In this document: piece by piece, positions 1 through 11,650 of the stretch
Numbering within the stretch: the first letter of the stretch is position 1
Layout of the letters: each line of letters opens with the position of its first letter
Source of the DNA: Phoronis australis
Taxonomy: Eukaryota; Animalia; Phoronida
Length of the DNA: 64,000 bases
Direction of reading: 5' to 3'
Assembly: GCA_002633005.1 (NCBI GenBank)
Contig: NMRA01000337.1
Coordinates: 392,828 to 456,827, forward strand
Position numbers and translations under genes: made by a program
The notes under the pieces: generated by a model
Told to the model about the DNA's origin: nothing
The model's input: only the letters and a program-made list of their open reading frames with translations
Databases searched by the model: none

Positions 1-183
1 GCACAGAAAGGAAATCCATTCAAACTTCCTGAATTCCTTCTACAGATAATGTTTTCCAAAATTTTTATCATTTCTACATGGCAACTTGCACGTTTCTTTA
101 AGTAAATGAATTTAAAACACTAAACCATATGGATACAACATGAAAACAACAACCTAGGGGCACTAAAGCTTATATATCCTCAC

Positions 184-369
184 CTGAAGATGAACATAAA
201 TAAGACTAATAAGACGAAGAAGGTGGCCACATTGTCCATAGTTCTCACCATCACCACCAGCTGGCGCTTCAAGGCTGGCATGAAACGCACCAACTTGAGA
301 ATACGCAGCAAGCGGAACGTTCGCAACACAGACAGACCACTGTTACTGCCCAAGAAGAGCTCTACCAAG
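184..369 (-). CDS. Cav3 (CACNA1G/H/I): Cav3 T-type Ca2+ channel exon (IIS3 end, IIS4, IIS5)
   Basis: Encodes [61 protein letters not shown], typical Cav3 IIS4-S5; ttctag acceptor, AG|gtgagg donor; 186 nt, phase 2/2. Confidence 0.96.
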
Positions 370-832
370 CTAGAAGTAACATGTGGAGTTGGTAACATGT
401 GGAGTTGAACAAACTGATTAATGAGCAAAACTTGTCTCATGTTACCAAGGTAACAGAAACACCAAGGTAACAGAAACACCAGTCTGGTATACAACTCTCA
501 AGCTGCTATTAACCTATCTTGCATCAACAAACTCTTGATCAAGACAATTCACCAAAATGGTCTCAACATGTTCTGTACTCAGATTAGAAGTGATTTGTGG
601 GTTTGAAAAGAACTGACAAATTGCTATTGCCGACACCAGGTGGACACATCAATAAGGGTTGTTATATCATTATGGACAGTGAGTGATGCACAAGTTTTCC
701 ATGAGTTGTTGACACTGTTACACTGAGTTGTGATTTGCTGATTGTTAGCCAATCCTGTCCTGGTATCTTTGTGAGTTAGCCATCGTGGCACCCATTCTGT
801 GAATAAAGCTAGACAATGGTGGATGTTTTACT

Positions 833-923
833 GCTGAAACATGTCGCTGAAACATGTCGCTGAAACATGTCACTGAAACATGTCGCTGAAACATGTCGCT
901 GAAACATGTCGCTGAAACATGTC
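833..923 (+). repeat. 13-bp tandem repeat (GCTGAAACATGTC) x7
   Basis: Read directly; one copy starts with A. Confidence 0.95.
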
Positions 924-1122
924 ACTACATTGTAGAAAAGTTAATTGTCATTATTCAATTTGTTATTAAGTTAGGAAACGAGAATAGATGTACGTTAATA
1001 TTACTTATATTTGATTTGTTAATTGTTACTGTCACATTCGGAAGTGTCAACTATGCCCCATTCAGGCTGGGTACAGATTCTTATATTATTGGTGTTAATG
1101 ACCAGAGTAAACAAACACTTAC

Positions 1123-1274
1123 CTAATGACAACAATGACAGCATCAAACAAGTTGAAGCCATTACTGATGTAGCCAAAGAAACCTTCAGCCAAGATCTTA
1201 AGTATCATCTCAAGGACAAATATCACGGTGAAACATATATTACTGTACTCTATAGCCATTGTCAGTTCCTTGGG
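1123..1274 (-). CDS. Cav3 (CACNA1G/H/I): Cav3 exon (IIS2-IIS3)
   Basis: [50 protein letters not shown]; tttcag / AG|gtaagt; 152 nt, phase 0/2. Confidence 0.96.
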
Positions 1275-1394
1275 CTGAAACAACACAAAAATAACAGGAT
1301 ACACAATATGCATTAAATGTAGAGCATAAAAACAAAGTTTTTGAATAGAAACAGCAAGAAGGCAAACAGCTATAGCAGTAAGAGCATCAACTTA

Positions 1395-1675
1395 GTGTCA
1401 GTCTTGCCATATGCGTGTGTCAGTCTCGCCATATGCGTGTGTCAGTCTCGTCATATGCGTGGGTCAGTCTCGCCTTATGCGTGTGTCAGTCTCGACATAT
1501 GCGTGTGTCAGTCTCTCCATATGCGTGGGTCAGTCTCGCCATATGTGTGTGTCAGTCTCGCCACATGCGTGTCAGTCTCGCCATATGCGTGTGTCAGTCT
1601 CGCCATATGCATGTGTCAGTCTCACCACATGCGTGTCAGTCTCGCCGTATGCTTGTGTCAGTATCGCCATATGTG
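1395..1675 (+). repeat. Minisatellite, ~22-bp unit (GTCAGTCTCGCCATATGCGTGT)
   Basis: About 13 imperfect copies; explains the repetitive ORFs at 1341-1754. Confidence 0.95.
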
Positions 1676-3094
1676 TAGCTACGATAAAATCTCAATGCAA
1701 ATCATAATAGTGGACACAATGCGGCAGACAAGGCTAAGTTCTTTTTTTCACTAAAGAAATGTTTCATCATTTGAAAGGTACATTTGAAAGGTGCATAGCA
1801 CAGCTGATATTTTGAGAAACTGTTATCCTTCACAACTGCAGTGTCAGAGGCTTTATTGCAACTGTGCTTCTTCACAACTACAGTGTCAGAGGCTTTATTG
1901 GAAAAGATCAGTTTTGGCAAGTAACAATAAATCCTGGTCAGATCATATCTAGACTGACTGGGCTGCGCTGTTAAAAATAAAAGATAAGTCAAAAAATGTT
2001 TGAACATAAACCAGTAACAATTCTGAATTCCTCGTCAAATGCTGATCATGTTTTTGAATTACTAAAATCACCCAAGTACAACCAAAGTTAATTAGAGAAT
2101 CTGTCCAAACCCACATTACAGTTTCACTAACTCTTTATGGCCATTCCCACTGGCTCTGAACACTTAACTTTGGTCTTTAATCAAACTTAACAGCGCAAGT
2201 TAACTCTGAAGTAAAGAGGTGGTTTTAACAGCTACAATGGGAACCCACAACTTCAATGTCATTGGGGTTATTGGCAGGGGTCAGTGCCTGCGCTTGCCAA
2301 CAGCGAGCAGTGACTGGTTAATATTTCTTAATATTTTGTTATATTATCTATTATTTTGGCAGTGTCAGCATGCCCTTTCATTTTATCCATGTGTTGGTTG
2401 AATTGTTTACTACAAAAAATCACTGAACGTATGGGGTACACAAAATGAGTTCCCATCACACCTTCTTTGTTCAGATCAACTGTTAGCCTACTTGAGAGTC
2501 AATGTTTTAATATGCCACCTTCCTGTGCATCACAATCTTACCAACATGGTGATCATTGCCTTGAAAAGTTGGGGAGAGGGCGAGGTGCTTCCCATATTTG
2601 TTGGCAAGCACAAAAACAGCAAAGCATATGACTGACGGTCATATTAGCTCCACCTAGCGATAACTTTGCTTAACTAGATTTTTTAATAACTTTGAAGACG
2701 ATGGGAACACTAACGCTTATCTTTGCGGTTAATTATACTTAACATCGAAACTTGGATAGTAGTGGGGAGTTAACTATATGGTAAAGGGTCTATTGAAACA
2801 TGGTAAATAAGTGGCCTGCATGTTTTCATACCAGGCAAAAGACTGGACACAGTAGCTAACAAAGGAGCAAGATGTTATCAGATGTTCACAATCAGAACAA
2901 GTCTGGTTAGGTCATTGAGCAGGAGAACACCCTGATGATTAGTGTGATCTACATAATTATGATATTGGCAAACTTGTAAGATACAAAAGCCATGCTTGTA
3001 ATATCCCTAGTTAAATGTCTGACCACAAATAATGACTTCCAAATCTATTGCCTTGGTGTGATGCAGTATATCTAATATAGTCTACAAGTCAGAA

Positions 3095-3256
3095 TTACCT
3101 GCTTATGGTACTCAATACCCAAAAACTCAAAGTGAGTTACCTGCTTATGGTACTCAATACCCAAAAACTCAAAGTGAGTTACCTGCTTATGGTACTCAAT
3201 ACCCATATACTCAAAGTGAGTTACCTGCTTATGGTACTCAATACCCATACTCAAAG
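3095..3256 (-). repeat. 42-bp tandem repeat spanning the Cav3 exon/intron donor junction
   Basis: Unit GTAACTCACTTTGAGT(A/T)T(A/T)TGGGTATTGAGTACCATAAGCAG; donors at 3225, 3183, 3141, 3099. Confidence 0.95.
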
Positions 3257-3346
3257 TGTTGATGAGAATAGCCACAAGTATGCCATATCTGAAGCCTTTG
3301 CTGTCAACGAACGTCTTCAAGTAGGGACGATACTTCTTCCAACAAG
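3225..3346 (-). CDS. Cav3 (CACNA1G/H/I): Cav3 exon (end of I-II linker, IIS1)
   Basis: CWKKYRPYLKTFVDSKGFRYGILVAILINTLSMGIEYHKQ; ttgtag acceptor, CAG|gtaact donor (first of four tandem donors); phase 1/0. Confidence 0.93.
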
Positions 3347-4071
3347 CTACAATAAGATGTCATGATTGTTGAAGTCAGGCAACATAAAACTATAAGTGCC
3401 CGGGTAAGACAATTGGAACATACTTTTATAGGGATTTTAAGCCTACAAAAATGAAATTTGATGATTTTTTGTGATTACCGAGTAAATATCACAGTCAAAT
3501 ATGACTTCTTAAACAACTGCATTTTATAGAAAAATCAATTAGTCGAAATTTGTGGATTTCCAATACCGAAAAATCACATAATTTACTGCTTATCGTTACT
3601 ACATTATTTTGCAGATAGAGGGCACAGTTGGTGAAAGACTACATTGCAGTACTTGCTATTAAGATCAAACTGTGAGNNNNNNNNNNNNNNNNNNNNNNNN
3701 NNNNNNNNNNNNNNNNNNNNNNNNNNNNNNNNNNNNNNNNNNNNNNNNNNNNNNNNNNNNNNNNNNNNNNNNNNNNNNNNNNNNNNNNNNNNNNNNNNNN
3801 NNNNNNNNNNNNNNNNNNNNNNNNNNNNNNNNNNNNNNNNNNNNNNNNNNNNNNNNNNNNNNNNNNNNNNNNNNNNNNNNNNNNNNNNNNNNNNNNNNNN
3901 NNNNNNNNNNNNNNNNNNNNNNNNNNNNNNNNNNNNNNNNNNNNNNNNNNNNNNNNNNNNNNNNNNNNNNNNNNNNNNNNNNNNNNNNNNNNNNNNNNNN
4001 NNNNNNNNNNNNNNNNNNNNNNNNNNNNNNNNNNNNNNNNNNNNNNNNNNNNNNNNNNNNNNNNNNNNNNN

Positions 4072-4176
4072 CCCCCCCCCCCTCCCGACCTCGCCCCGCT
4101 CTGCGCTACACGCCTAGGATTCGATCTTGGCGGGAATCCTAAACCCCCCCTTGCTGAAAACGTAGATCCGCCACTG
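4072..4176. mobile_element. Right end of a GC-rich MITE (…GATCCGCCACTG terminus); the rest lies in the gap
   Basis: C-runs and a terminal GATCCGCCACTG; similar end at ~32790-32835. Confidence 0.5.
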
Positions 4177-5049
4177 ATGTTATTGAAGTTTCCTGATTCA
4201 CTTCTCACTGAATGGATTTCCAGGAGTTCACAGACATTCACCGCAATTTCACAGGTGATAACCGACAGACAACTTGTGTTAACGTGAGATATAAAAGTGC
4301 TTACCATAAAATGACACAGTAAAAATCAATGGCAAATTATTATAACACCTTCCGCTTTCTGGAAAACTTGATATTAGTCTAATAAGTAATTTGGCTTGAT
4401 ATTGAAATATTGGGGGAGGACCCAGTGTCATAATCAATACAACCCTGCACATATACCAAAAAGGTATCAGACAACCATGATTTCATGACGTTGATTTGAT
4501 GTCACCTTGATTACAAAACAGCCCATGAGACTCTCATTAAACAGACAGGTATGGATAAATGTGCCACTGTAATACAGTCAAGACAATCCAGCTAGATCTG
4601 AAGTATTGACAAAATGTCAATTGTAATCCCAGCAAGGAACATTGTTGAGATTAGTATCATAACAGCAAGGGGTCTATGTACATAAAATGTAAAATGCTAT
4701 TTTTTGATGGATGGAGGTTTACAGCAGCTTTAAAGGAAATTACAAGGTACGATAATTTCTTTCTAAGAATCATATGCCATAGGCAAAATTGTTTCCCAAA
4801 AAGTCCTGCATTAGGGTCAAGTTTTGAGGCTGACCACAGAGTGATGTCATTGTACCCATATCTAGGATGAAGTTTCCCCAGGGTCAAATCGGAAATTGAA
4901 ATGTCATTAACCATGCTTTGTCCATAAATAAATTTTGAATCAGGCCATTTAGTCATCAAGCCCAGAAACCACCCATTTTGAACCACAAGGTCGTCCCGGA
5001 TTACATGGTGATCGAGCTCTCCTCTGTTCTGGAGATAAAAAAGAAAAAC

Positions 5050-5385
5050 GTGTGACCTAGTTTTGAAAATCAGACACATTTTCCTGTCTCTCATAGATGT
5101 CGGGAAGGTAAAGAATTTTAGATCACGCATCCACGGGGAATTGTCCAGTTTATCAAAATTTTTCGCATCAGAGTTGCAACGCATGGCACAGCAGCAATAC
5201 TTCAATGGCACTGGTGTAACGAATAGAGTAATGCAACTGAGAAAAACTTGTAAAGAATCAGACAGCAACAAATAACTCCAGTGGCACGAAAACGAGGTAG
5301 CAAAATGAGCCAGACGGATGTTTACAGCACTATGGGTAAATACAGCAAGATTGGAGTGTCGCTGTGTAATCAGGGACAGCCCTAT
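5050..5385 (-). mobile_element. Probable DNA-transposon fragment with a degenerate THAP-like start
   Basis: KYCCCAMRCNSDAKN...PWMRDLKFFTFP resembles the THAP CC..C...F..FP pattern; locally CpG-richer. Confidence 0.35.
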
Positions 5386-5483
5386 TGTAAACTCAATTTC
5401 AACAGTGAGTGCATGGCTAAAATCAAAACAGAATGCATGGGTTTATGTGGCTTTAAATAATATGGGCTAAGATAAAGACGTAC

Positions 5484-5648
5484 ACATGTTCTCCTGCATG
5501 CTGGTCTTGTCCTGCTCCCAGTCATCAGTTTCCAGTTCAATGGCGTACGCGAGTTCCCTTAACGCACATTGTGAGCACTGACTGCAATAGGATTCCATGT
5601 CAGTCATACTCACAGACGAGATATTATGTGAACCCACAGTCTTGCTAT
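5484..5648 (-). CDS. Cav3 (CACNA1G/H/I): Cav3 exon (distal I-II linker)
   Basis: DSKTVGSHNISSVSMTDMESYCSQCSQCALRELAYAIELETDDWEQDKTSMQENM; ttttttctacag acceptor, T|gtacgt donor; 165 nt, phase 1/1 fits both neighbours. Confidence 0.75.
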
Positions 5649-5952
5649 CTGTAGAAAAAAGGCAGTCAATGACTTGATTTGGCAAAGTTAGAACATTCAA
5701 CATTATTCGTTCATAAATGAGAAGGTGTTTGACTGATCGGGGCAATTCACGCATGGTTTTCAATTACTTACATCAATTTTATTGACTACGGGAAGGCATT
5801 TGACAGTAAAAACTGTGCTCTTAGCCATATTTTGTTGACTGTAAGAAGAATTGTGTGGTTACATTATCTAGCTTACACAAAAATGTTTGACTGGTTAAAG
5901 ACAATAATTACAATTGGGAGTAAAAAAGTAAAAAGCCACTTTTCCAACACAC

Positions 5953-6682
5953 CTTTGTCAATGTTGAGCGAGGAAAGTTTGTTGATGTCACAGTCACCAT
6001 TAGTCAGGGCACCAGGTGACCCCACACCACATGTTGGCTTACCAGATGACAACATATCTGGAACAGCTAACTTATCTCCATGGTAACTGTTCACTGATGG
6101 AGGGTGACTAGGAAACGGAGTAAGGAAGCGCGGAGATGACGATCGGGATATAACATTTATTCGCGAATCCAGCTGTCCATGGGTATATAGAGCATCAGGA
6201 TGAGAGTGAATAACTTCCATACATGGCGTCTTACTATAGGACAAGACTGACACAGTGTCAATATCTGATGGTTCTGGACTAGCTGTTGGTGCCACCAAGT
6301 GTGCGACACCATGGTGAGGGTGACGGCAATGATTGACATGATGGTGACGGCATTCACCAACAGTCTGTCCTTTACAGCTACACTTCTTTGTTACACTAGT
6401 CCGCCTGCAAAGAGCAAACGCCTTCTCAGGAGTCACTCTCTGCTTAGTCTGAGGTTTGGTAAAGTGTTTCTTGAGGCGTCGTCTCATTCGGCGCCATAAG
6501 TGTCCAATATACTTTAATATCTCACTGTAACAGCCAGTAGGCTCACCAGCACTAGCCAGAGTGCTGGTTGACATGTATCTCTTACGCTCCAACTTCATTC
6601 TCTCAGTCTCACGTTTTTTGGTGGCAGAGAATTGCGTCGCTATGACTACCAAACATAAGTTTATCATAAAAAATGAACCAAT
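5953..6682 (-). CDS. Cav3 (CACNA1G/H/I): Cav3 exon (IS6, gating brake, proximal I-II linker); the 3' end may instead be at 6043
   Basis: [33 protein letters not shown]...[15 protein letters not shown] is the Cav3 IS6 plus helix-loop-helix gating brake; His-rich stretch and APTASPE motif; tttttcag acceptor; phase-1 donors at 5953 (AAG|gtgtgt) and 6043 (CTG|gtaagc). Confidence 0.92.
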
Positions 6683-7425
6683 CTGAAAAAATAACAATAA
6701 TAAGATATAGAACAAGTGAACAGTTCAGAAGACAACAGAAATTTTTTGGAATGATGGAATCATTCATCCTCAGGCAAAAAGAACTCATACAAAATTTAAA
6801 AAATCTTGTTTATCATGATATCCCAATGGTACATCTGAGTGTGTTTTACTGTCCCATTCTTGATCCAGAGAGCACTCATGCACGCTCAATGCAGAGCATA
6901 GGTTTATGGGATAGGATTTAGTCAATCCATAGACGCCAAGCTCAACTTGAAAACTGACAAATCGTGTGCCATGTTTCAAGTAATTTTTCCAACTCTAAGT
7001 GATGTGATTGGTCAACTATTTACTCAACAAAATCCCGTCATCTTTTGTGCATACAGCATCTCATGCTATCCGTAAAAAGGTCAATTGTAGCGTGAGAATG
7101 GCAGATATTGCCATGGAAACCTGTCATGACTTAAACATTTTTATTAAAATAAAATAAAACAAAACAAAAATAATCTAATGAGAGTTTTGTCACATAATTA
7201 TTTGTATAGTTATCATTGTTAAAAAGTTTAGTGTTCATCAATCCAAATAATATCATAAATTTTACAATCAAAAAACAACATTCAAGACAGCTGTAGCTAC
7301 GTAATATGTTGGACTCAAGCAAAAATGGCCAAATTTGGTGCCAACTTTGTAACATATCTCAGAAATGGCCGATCACATTAAAATGAAACGTTCACTTCTT
7401 ATGCTGCTGTTTTGCTGCATTTTAC

Positions 7426-7489
7426 TTAAGACATGATCACATGACTCAAGACATGGTCACATGACTCAAGACATGGTCACATGACTCAA
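7426..7489 (+). repeat. 20-bp tandem repeat x3 (AAGACATGGTCACATGACTC)
   Basis: Read directly. Confidence 0.9.
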
Positions 7490-8158
7490 TCAATTGGAGG
7501 TTGGTATAAAGACAAAAATCTAATTCTACAGGCTTTCTGCTTTTAGGAAATTATTTTTCCCCCAGTTAAATCGAATAGTTTGGTAGAAATTTGGAGGAAT
7601 GGACAGATTTGTCAGTGAAGTGCTACATAACCTTAAAATATTTCTGCTTAGGATACACCTCATATAGCACTTGGAATGTCATATATGTACCAATGTCTGA
7701 AAGCAACTACTACGAAAGTTCAGTTTCCATCTGTTGTACAAGGAACAATCCAGCAAATTCAATCATAGGCCAACATTTACATATTTCAACTTCCTAGTGA
7801 CCTAAAAGGAACCAGATTTACGGCAACTAGAGAAACAATTATCATTCGTGGTAAGCAATTCTGAGAACACCGAAAGCACTCAAAATATCAACTCAAAACT
7901 TAAGACCATATAGGCAAAAAAGATTTGCCTATTTTTATAATTATTTTGTAACTGATACCAAGGTTTGCATCTTGGTAATTTGTAAAATTATGGCAAAACG
8001 TCTTTGTTTTAGAACAGATTATGGTGAACACGTGGACTTTTATCTTGACAAAAATTTCAAAAAGAGGCAGTATTGAGAATTAATACATCATCATTAGCAT
8101 AATTTGAACTGTGAAGTTGCCACGAAACAACACATAGTAGACTTTTGAACATTCACGA

Positions 8159-8380
8159 GGAAAGTCTACCTCAGATGGATGTTATTTTTCATCCAGGAAA
8201 GTCTACCTCAGATGGATGTTATTATTCATCCAGGAAAGTCCACCTCAGATGGATGTTATTATTCATCCAGGAATGTCTACCTCAGATGGATGTTATTATT
8301 CATCCAGGAAAGCCTACCTTAGAAGGATGTTATTATTCATCCAGGAAAGTCTACCTTAGATGGACGTTATTATTCATCCA
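8159..8380 (+). repeat. 37-bp minisatellite x6 (GGAAAGTCTACCTCAGATGGATGTTATTATTCATCCA)
   Basis: Read directly. Confidence 0.93.
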
Positions 8381-8605
8381 GTTAAGTCTTTGATTCAAAA
8401 AATTGGGATAATTTAGACAAGTACGTTTGTCATCAAGCAGCATAATTGGCACACTGCAGGAGCGAATCTACGATCATGACCAAAGGGGTGAGAATGTTTG
8501 ATAATGGACAAATATAGGAGGAAAATTACAACAGCAAAACTGTCAAACTAGAAGAGTTCCGAATTTTTGAAACCGTGACTACACTGAATTCTTTAACATA
8601 CTTAC

Positions 8606-8698
8606 CACAATAAGAGTAACGAAATAAATCCACACCCAGAAAGAGTGAGCGTCTTGTACATAGTACATTATGTCAACCCAGCCTTCCAGACTAATCAC
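8606..8698 (-). CDS. Cav3 (CACNA1G/H/I): Cav3 exon (domain I pore loop with selectivity-filter Glu, start of IS6)
   Basis: Manual translation [31 protein letters not shown]; tcacag / GTG|gtaagt; 93 nt; not in the ORF track. Confidence 0.97.
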
Positions 8699-9768
8699 CT
8701 GTGACAAACACAGCAACATTCTCATCTCAGCAATAGACAATGACATCACGAAAACAAAAAAAGAAAATCCACCATTCCTTCCCCCAATTACGACTGTATC
8801 CTCCCAGTTTGTTTCCCTTCAGAAAGCTGGAAACAACCTTTTCTGGCGTTACTCCGACCCCCATTCACGTCCCCATTCTCTTATGTCACGGACATATGTC
8901 AAACATTCTCAGCATCGAAATGACAATAAATTGTGATACATTATAGAATTCTTGGAATGTTTGAGATTCATGAAGAAGTAGGAATCATCACTAGCCAATC
9001 ATTCAGTTGAAATTTTGTGTGAAAAAACTGTGAACCTCGCCTAGTTTTTGGGGTCGTAAATTTCCTTTTTACAGGAGTACTTCTAGCCAGCACACTACAT
9101 TTCTGAACAATTTTGTAATACTCCAAGTACAGGAATTGCTGATGAGACTACAACTAAAGCACATTACACAGTGATATATTGACACTAGTAAGTGTAAGGC
9201 CATAACACTGTCACACATTTTCACATTACAACATTATCTACACAACACAATAACACATTCCTTGAGCAGTGACAGCACTAGACGCAAGTTACCAACTACA
9301 TATTAATTAAATTTTTGTTTGGTAATTTGATACGATGTAGTGATTTTCTGAACAGTTGGGTAATGAAAAACACATGCCATTGCACATCCTTATTTTTGAG
9401 GAAACAAACCAACATCATTGAAAACAAACTTACGGTACTTAGAAACAACCACATGAACTCATTTACAGTCCTCAGTGCACAGGACCACGAGAGGTGAGTG
9501 CGGCTAGCACAAGATTCCATCCTCAGGGAGCCAAATCTTGAAAACTGAGGATGCCAATGGAAATTTTTCACCAAGACCACCAAATCACCAATAAAATGTG
9601 ACCCAACCACCCTTTGGCAAAATTATATCTTACGGTAGTCTTATTTCAGTCAAAAATGGTAGCATATTTTTGCTAAAAAATGGCTGCATTAAAAGCTACA
9701 TCCCTGTGTATCAGTAAGCCAAAGTATCCCCCGGGGTTACTATACAGTTGACGGGTTTCATACTTTAC

Positions 9769-10057
9769 CTGAAATATTGCAATCCAAGCTAGTCCGATAT
9801 TATCAAATGCCACACCCCCCTGGAAGGGGTTCATTTCTGTTGACTGACACGTGTTGTAGTACTGATTCCAGTTGACACAGGAGTCGTTATATAAAGTATT
9901 GCTGTAAAAGTAGTCTACGCTCTCGTTACATTTCACTCCATTCCACCGGTATGTAGGGATATCTTTACAGTGCATGATTCCACCATCCCCTTCTTTAGCA
10001 CATATAAATTCAGTGTCGATCCTTTCTGGTATAAAATATGATCGCAAGTTGTACATG
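9769..10057 (-). CDS. Cav3 (CACNA1G/H/I): Cav3 exon (domain I extracellular turret)
   Basis: ...FICAKEGDGGIMHC...CVNWNQYYNTCQSTEMNPFQGGVAFDNIGLAWIAIFQ; tttttacag / CAG|gtaaag; phase 2/0. Confidence 0.96.
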
Positions 10058-11095
10058 CTGTAAAAAATCAACACAATCAACTGAAAAAATAGTCAAGCTG
10101 TTCATTCCAGTCACAGGCAAAATGTTTTGTGAGATATTACAACAAATGTATACTTGTTATGTTGTGCTGGCCCATAAAAATAGCAAAAATGAAGTAGCAG
10201 ATGACATTAACCCATAAACGAACTTTGTTTTCGAAAATCTGTGCTACGGACAACACTCAGGTGTTTGTAAGAACACAACCGTGAAGAGTGAAGGTGGGGG
10301 TGAATTGCCTTAATGGATAAAACAGACTTAAACACACAAGTCAGGTCGATGCTCAATCTGAAGAGTTCATCATTAGGTAAACAGAGGTGTGTCATGTACA
10401 AGACACACTATAAGACTAGCCTGTACCATTATTTTACACAGATGTTGACTGGGAATCCTAGGCTCAAGTCATGGCCAACTAAATATACAAAAAAGCAACT
10501 TATAAATGGCATAAATGCTGATGGAATTGAAATTAAATGTCCCCAGTGTGCTGACAATACTACTTCATTTTTACAAGATTGAAATTCACGTAGAAATTGT
10601 TTTAAAAGCATTTGGGTTATTGCCTGGTCAGCAGCTGAAGGGGAAGACGTGTGAAGACCTGTATCTACATCCTAAGAAAGATTGTCCTGGCCTGCTTTAT
10701 GGTTTTAACAAGAATGGCAAACCAATCACAAACCGGGGAATATTTTTTGCTGCAGTAAACAAGAGAACAATTTGTTAAACTTTCAACTCAAAATTAAATC
10801 GCTTTGCCTGTAGATGTTGCTAAATGTCTTTGCCAGGCACAATCAGTGCAGCTAAACTTTGTCAACTTGCTCAGGTGATCTAATATGAGCAATTTAAGGA
10901 AGGTGCACATAGAACAAAGATAAAAATGGTACCAAGGAGTGTAGAGATACTACTACACTCCTTGATGGTATTAAGCAATTTTTATTTGGCAAGCTACCCC
11001 ACACAAATAAAAAAGACGTGCCAGTGAACTACCATGAAGTGATGGTTTGTCAGTTCTTGACATAAATATTATCAGTAGCAGCCCTTTGTTAACAC

Positions 11096-11650
11096 AAACT
11101 TCATTGAAAGCACAACTGGTCTTTTTGTTTGACAGCTTAATAGACTCGCTCGTAGTGTCTAAACAATATCATTTCTTCAGGCGTGCAGCGATGTAATAAA
11201 ACACCGAGAGACATAACAGACAAATTAAAACACTAGCTATATTTCAAGATTGCATGTCTCATCAGGCAATGAATGAAATGATTTTGGAATCCGTATTGAT
11301 CAGTCATGAAAAACCTGTGTTGAATGAGCAGCTCACAGGTGTGTATCACACGCTGGCTCTGTTTCGTTAGGCTTGCGGGCTTCCTACCGTGTGCTGCATT
11401 CACACTCTGCTTGTACGCCCCTCTTTCTGCTCTTATGTATATTTCACTGTTTTGCTTCGTATATGTTCATTTCACTCATAGCCTGATGAGACATGCAGTC
11501 TCGAAATATAGTCAATGTTTTAAGTTGTCTCTCTGTTATGTCTCTCGGTGTTTTACTACATCGCTGCATGCCTGAAGAAATGATATTGTTTCGACATTAC
11601 GAGCGAGTCTGTATTAAGCTGTCAAACAAAAAGAACAGTCAATGAAGTTT
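11096..11650. mobile_element. Long inverted repeat (~185-bp arms), probably inverted Penelope-like pseudo-LTRs
   Basis: 11096-11280 is the imperfect reverse complement of 11468-11650; each arm has CTGATGA...GAAA and CTGAAGA motifs. Confidence 0.7.
11477..11517 (+). ncRNA. Minimal type I hammerhead ribozyme-like motif (mirror copy on the minus strand at ~11231-11271)
   Basis: cata-gc-CTGATGA-gacatgcagtctc-GAAA-tata-gtcaatg; stems imperfect. Confidence 0.45.

Noticed and set aside
1-183. Domain II turret exon(s) 12a/12b that switch Na+/Ca2+ selectivity in invertebrate Cav3
   Set aside because: Would lie left of the window; nothing recognisable in 1-183
1341-1754. Repetitive-peptide ORFs (also 41079-41550, 43049-43677, 51236-51622)
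   Set aside because: Translations of minisatellites, not independent genes
3639-4307. Long ORFs spanning N runs (also 41540-42166 and 45724-46470)
   Set aside because: Open only because Ns contain no stop codons
4657-5271. 204-aa ORF as a nested gene
   Set aside because: Only a short THAP-like stretch is recognisable; treated as a TE remnant
10933-10964. 12-bp-stem hairpin CAAGGAGTGTAG…CTACACTCCTTG
   Set aside because: Too short to assign; probably a TE end fragment
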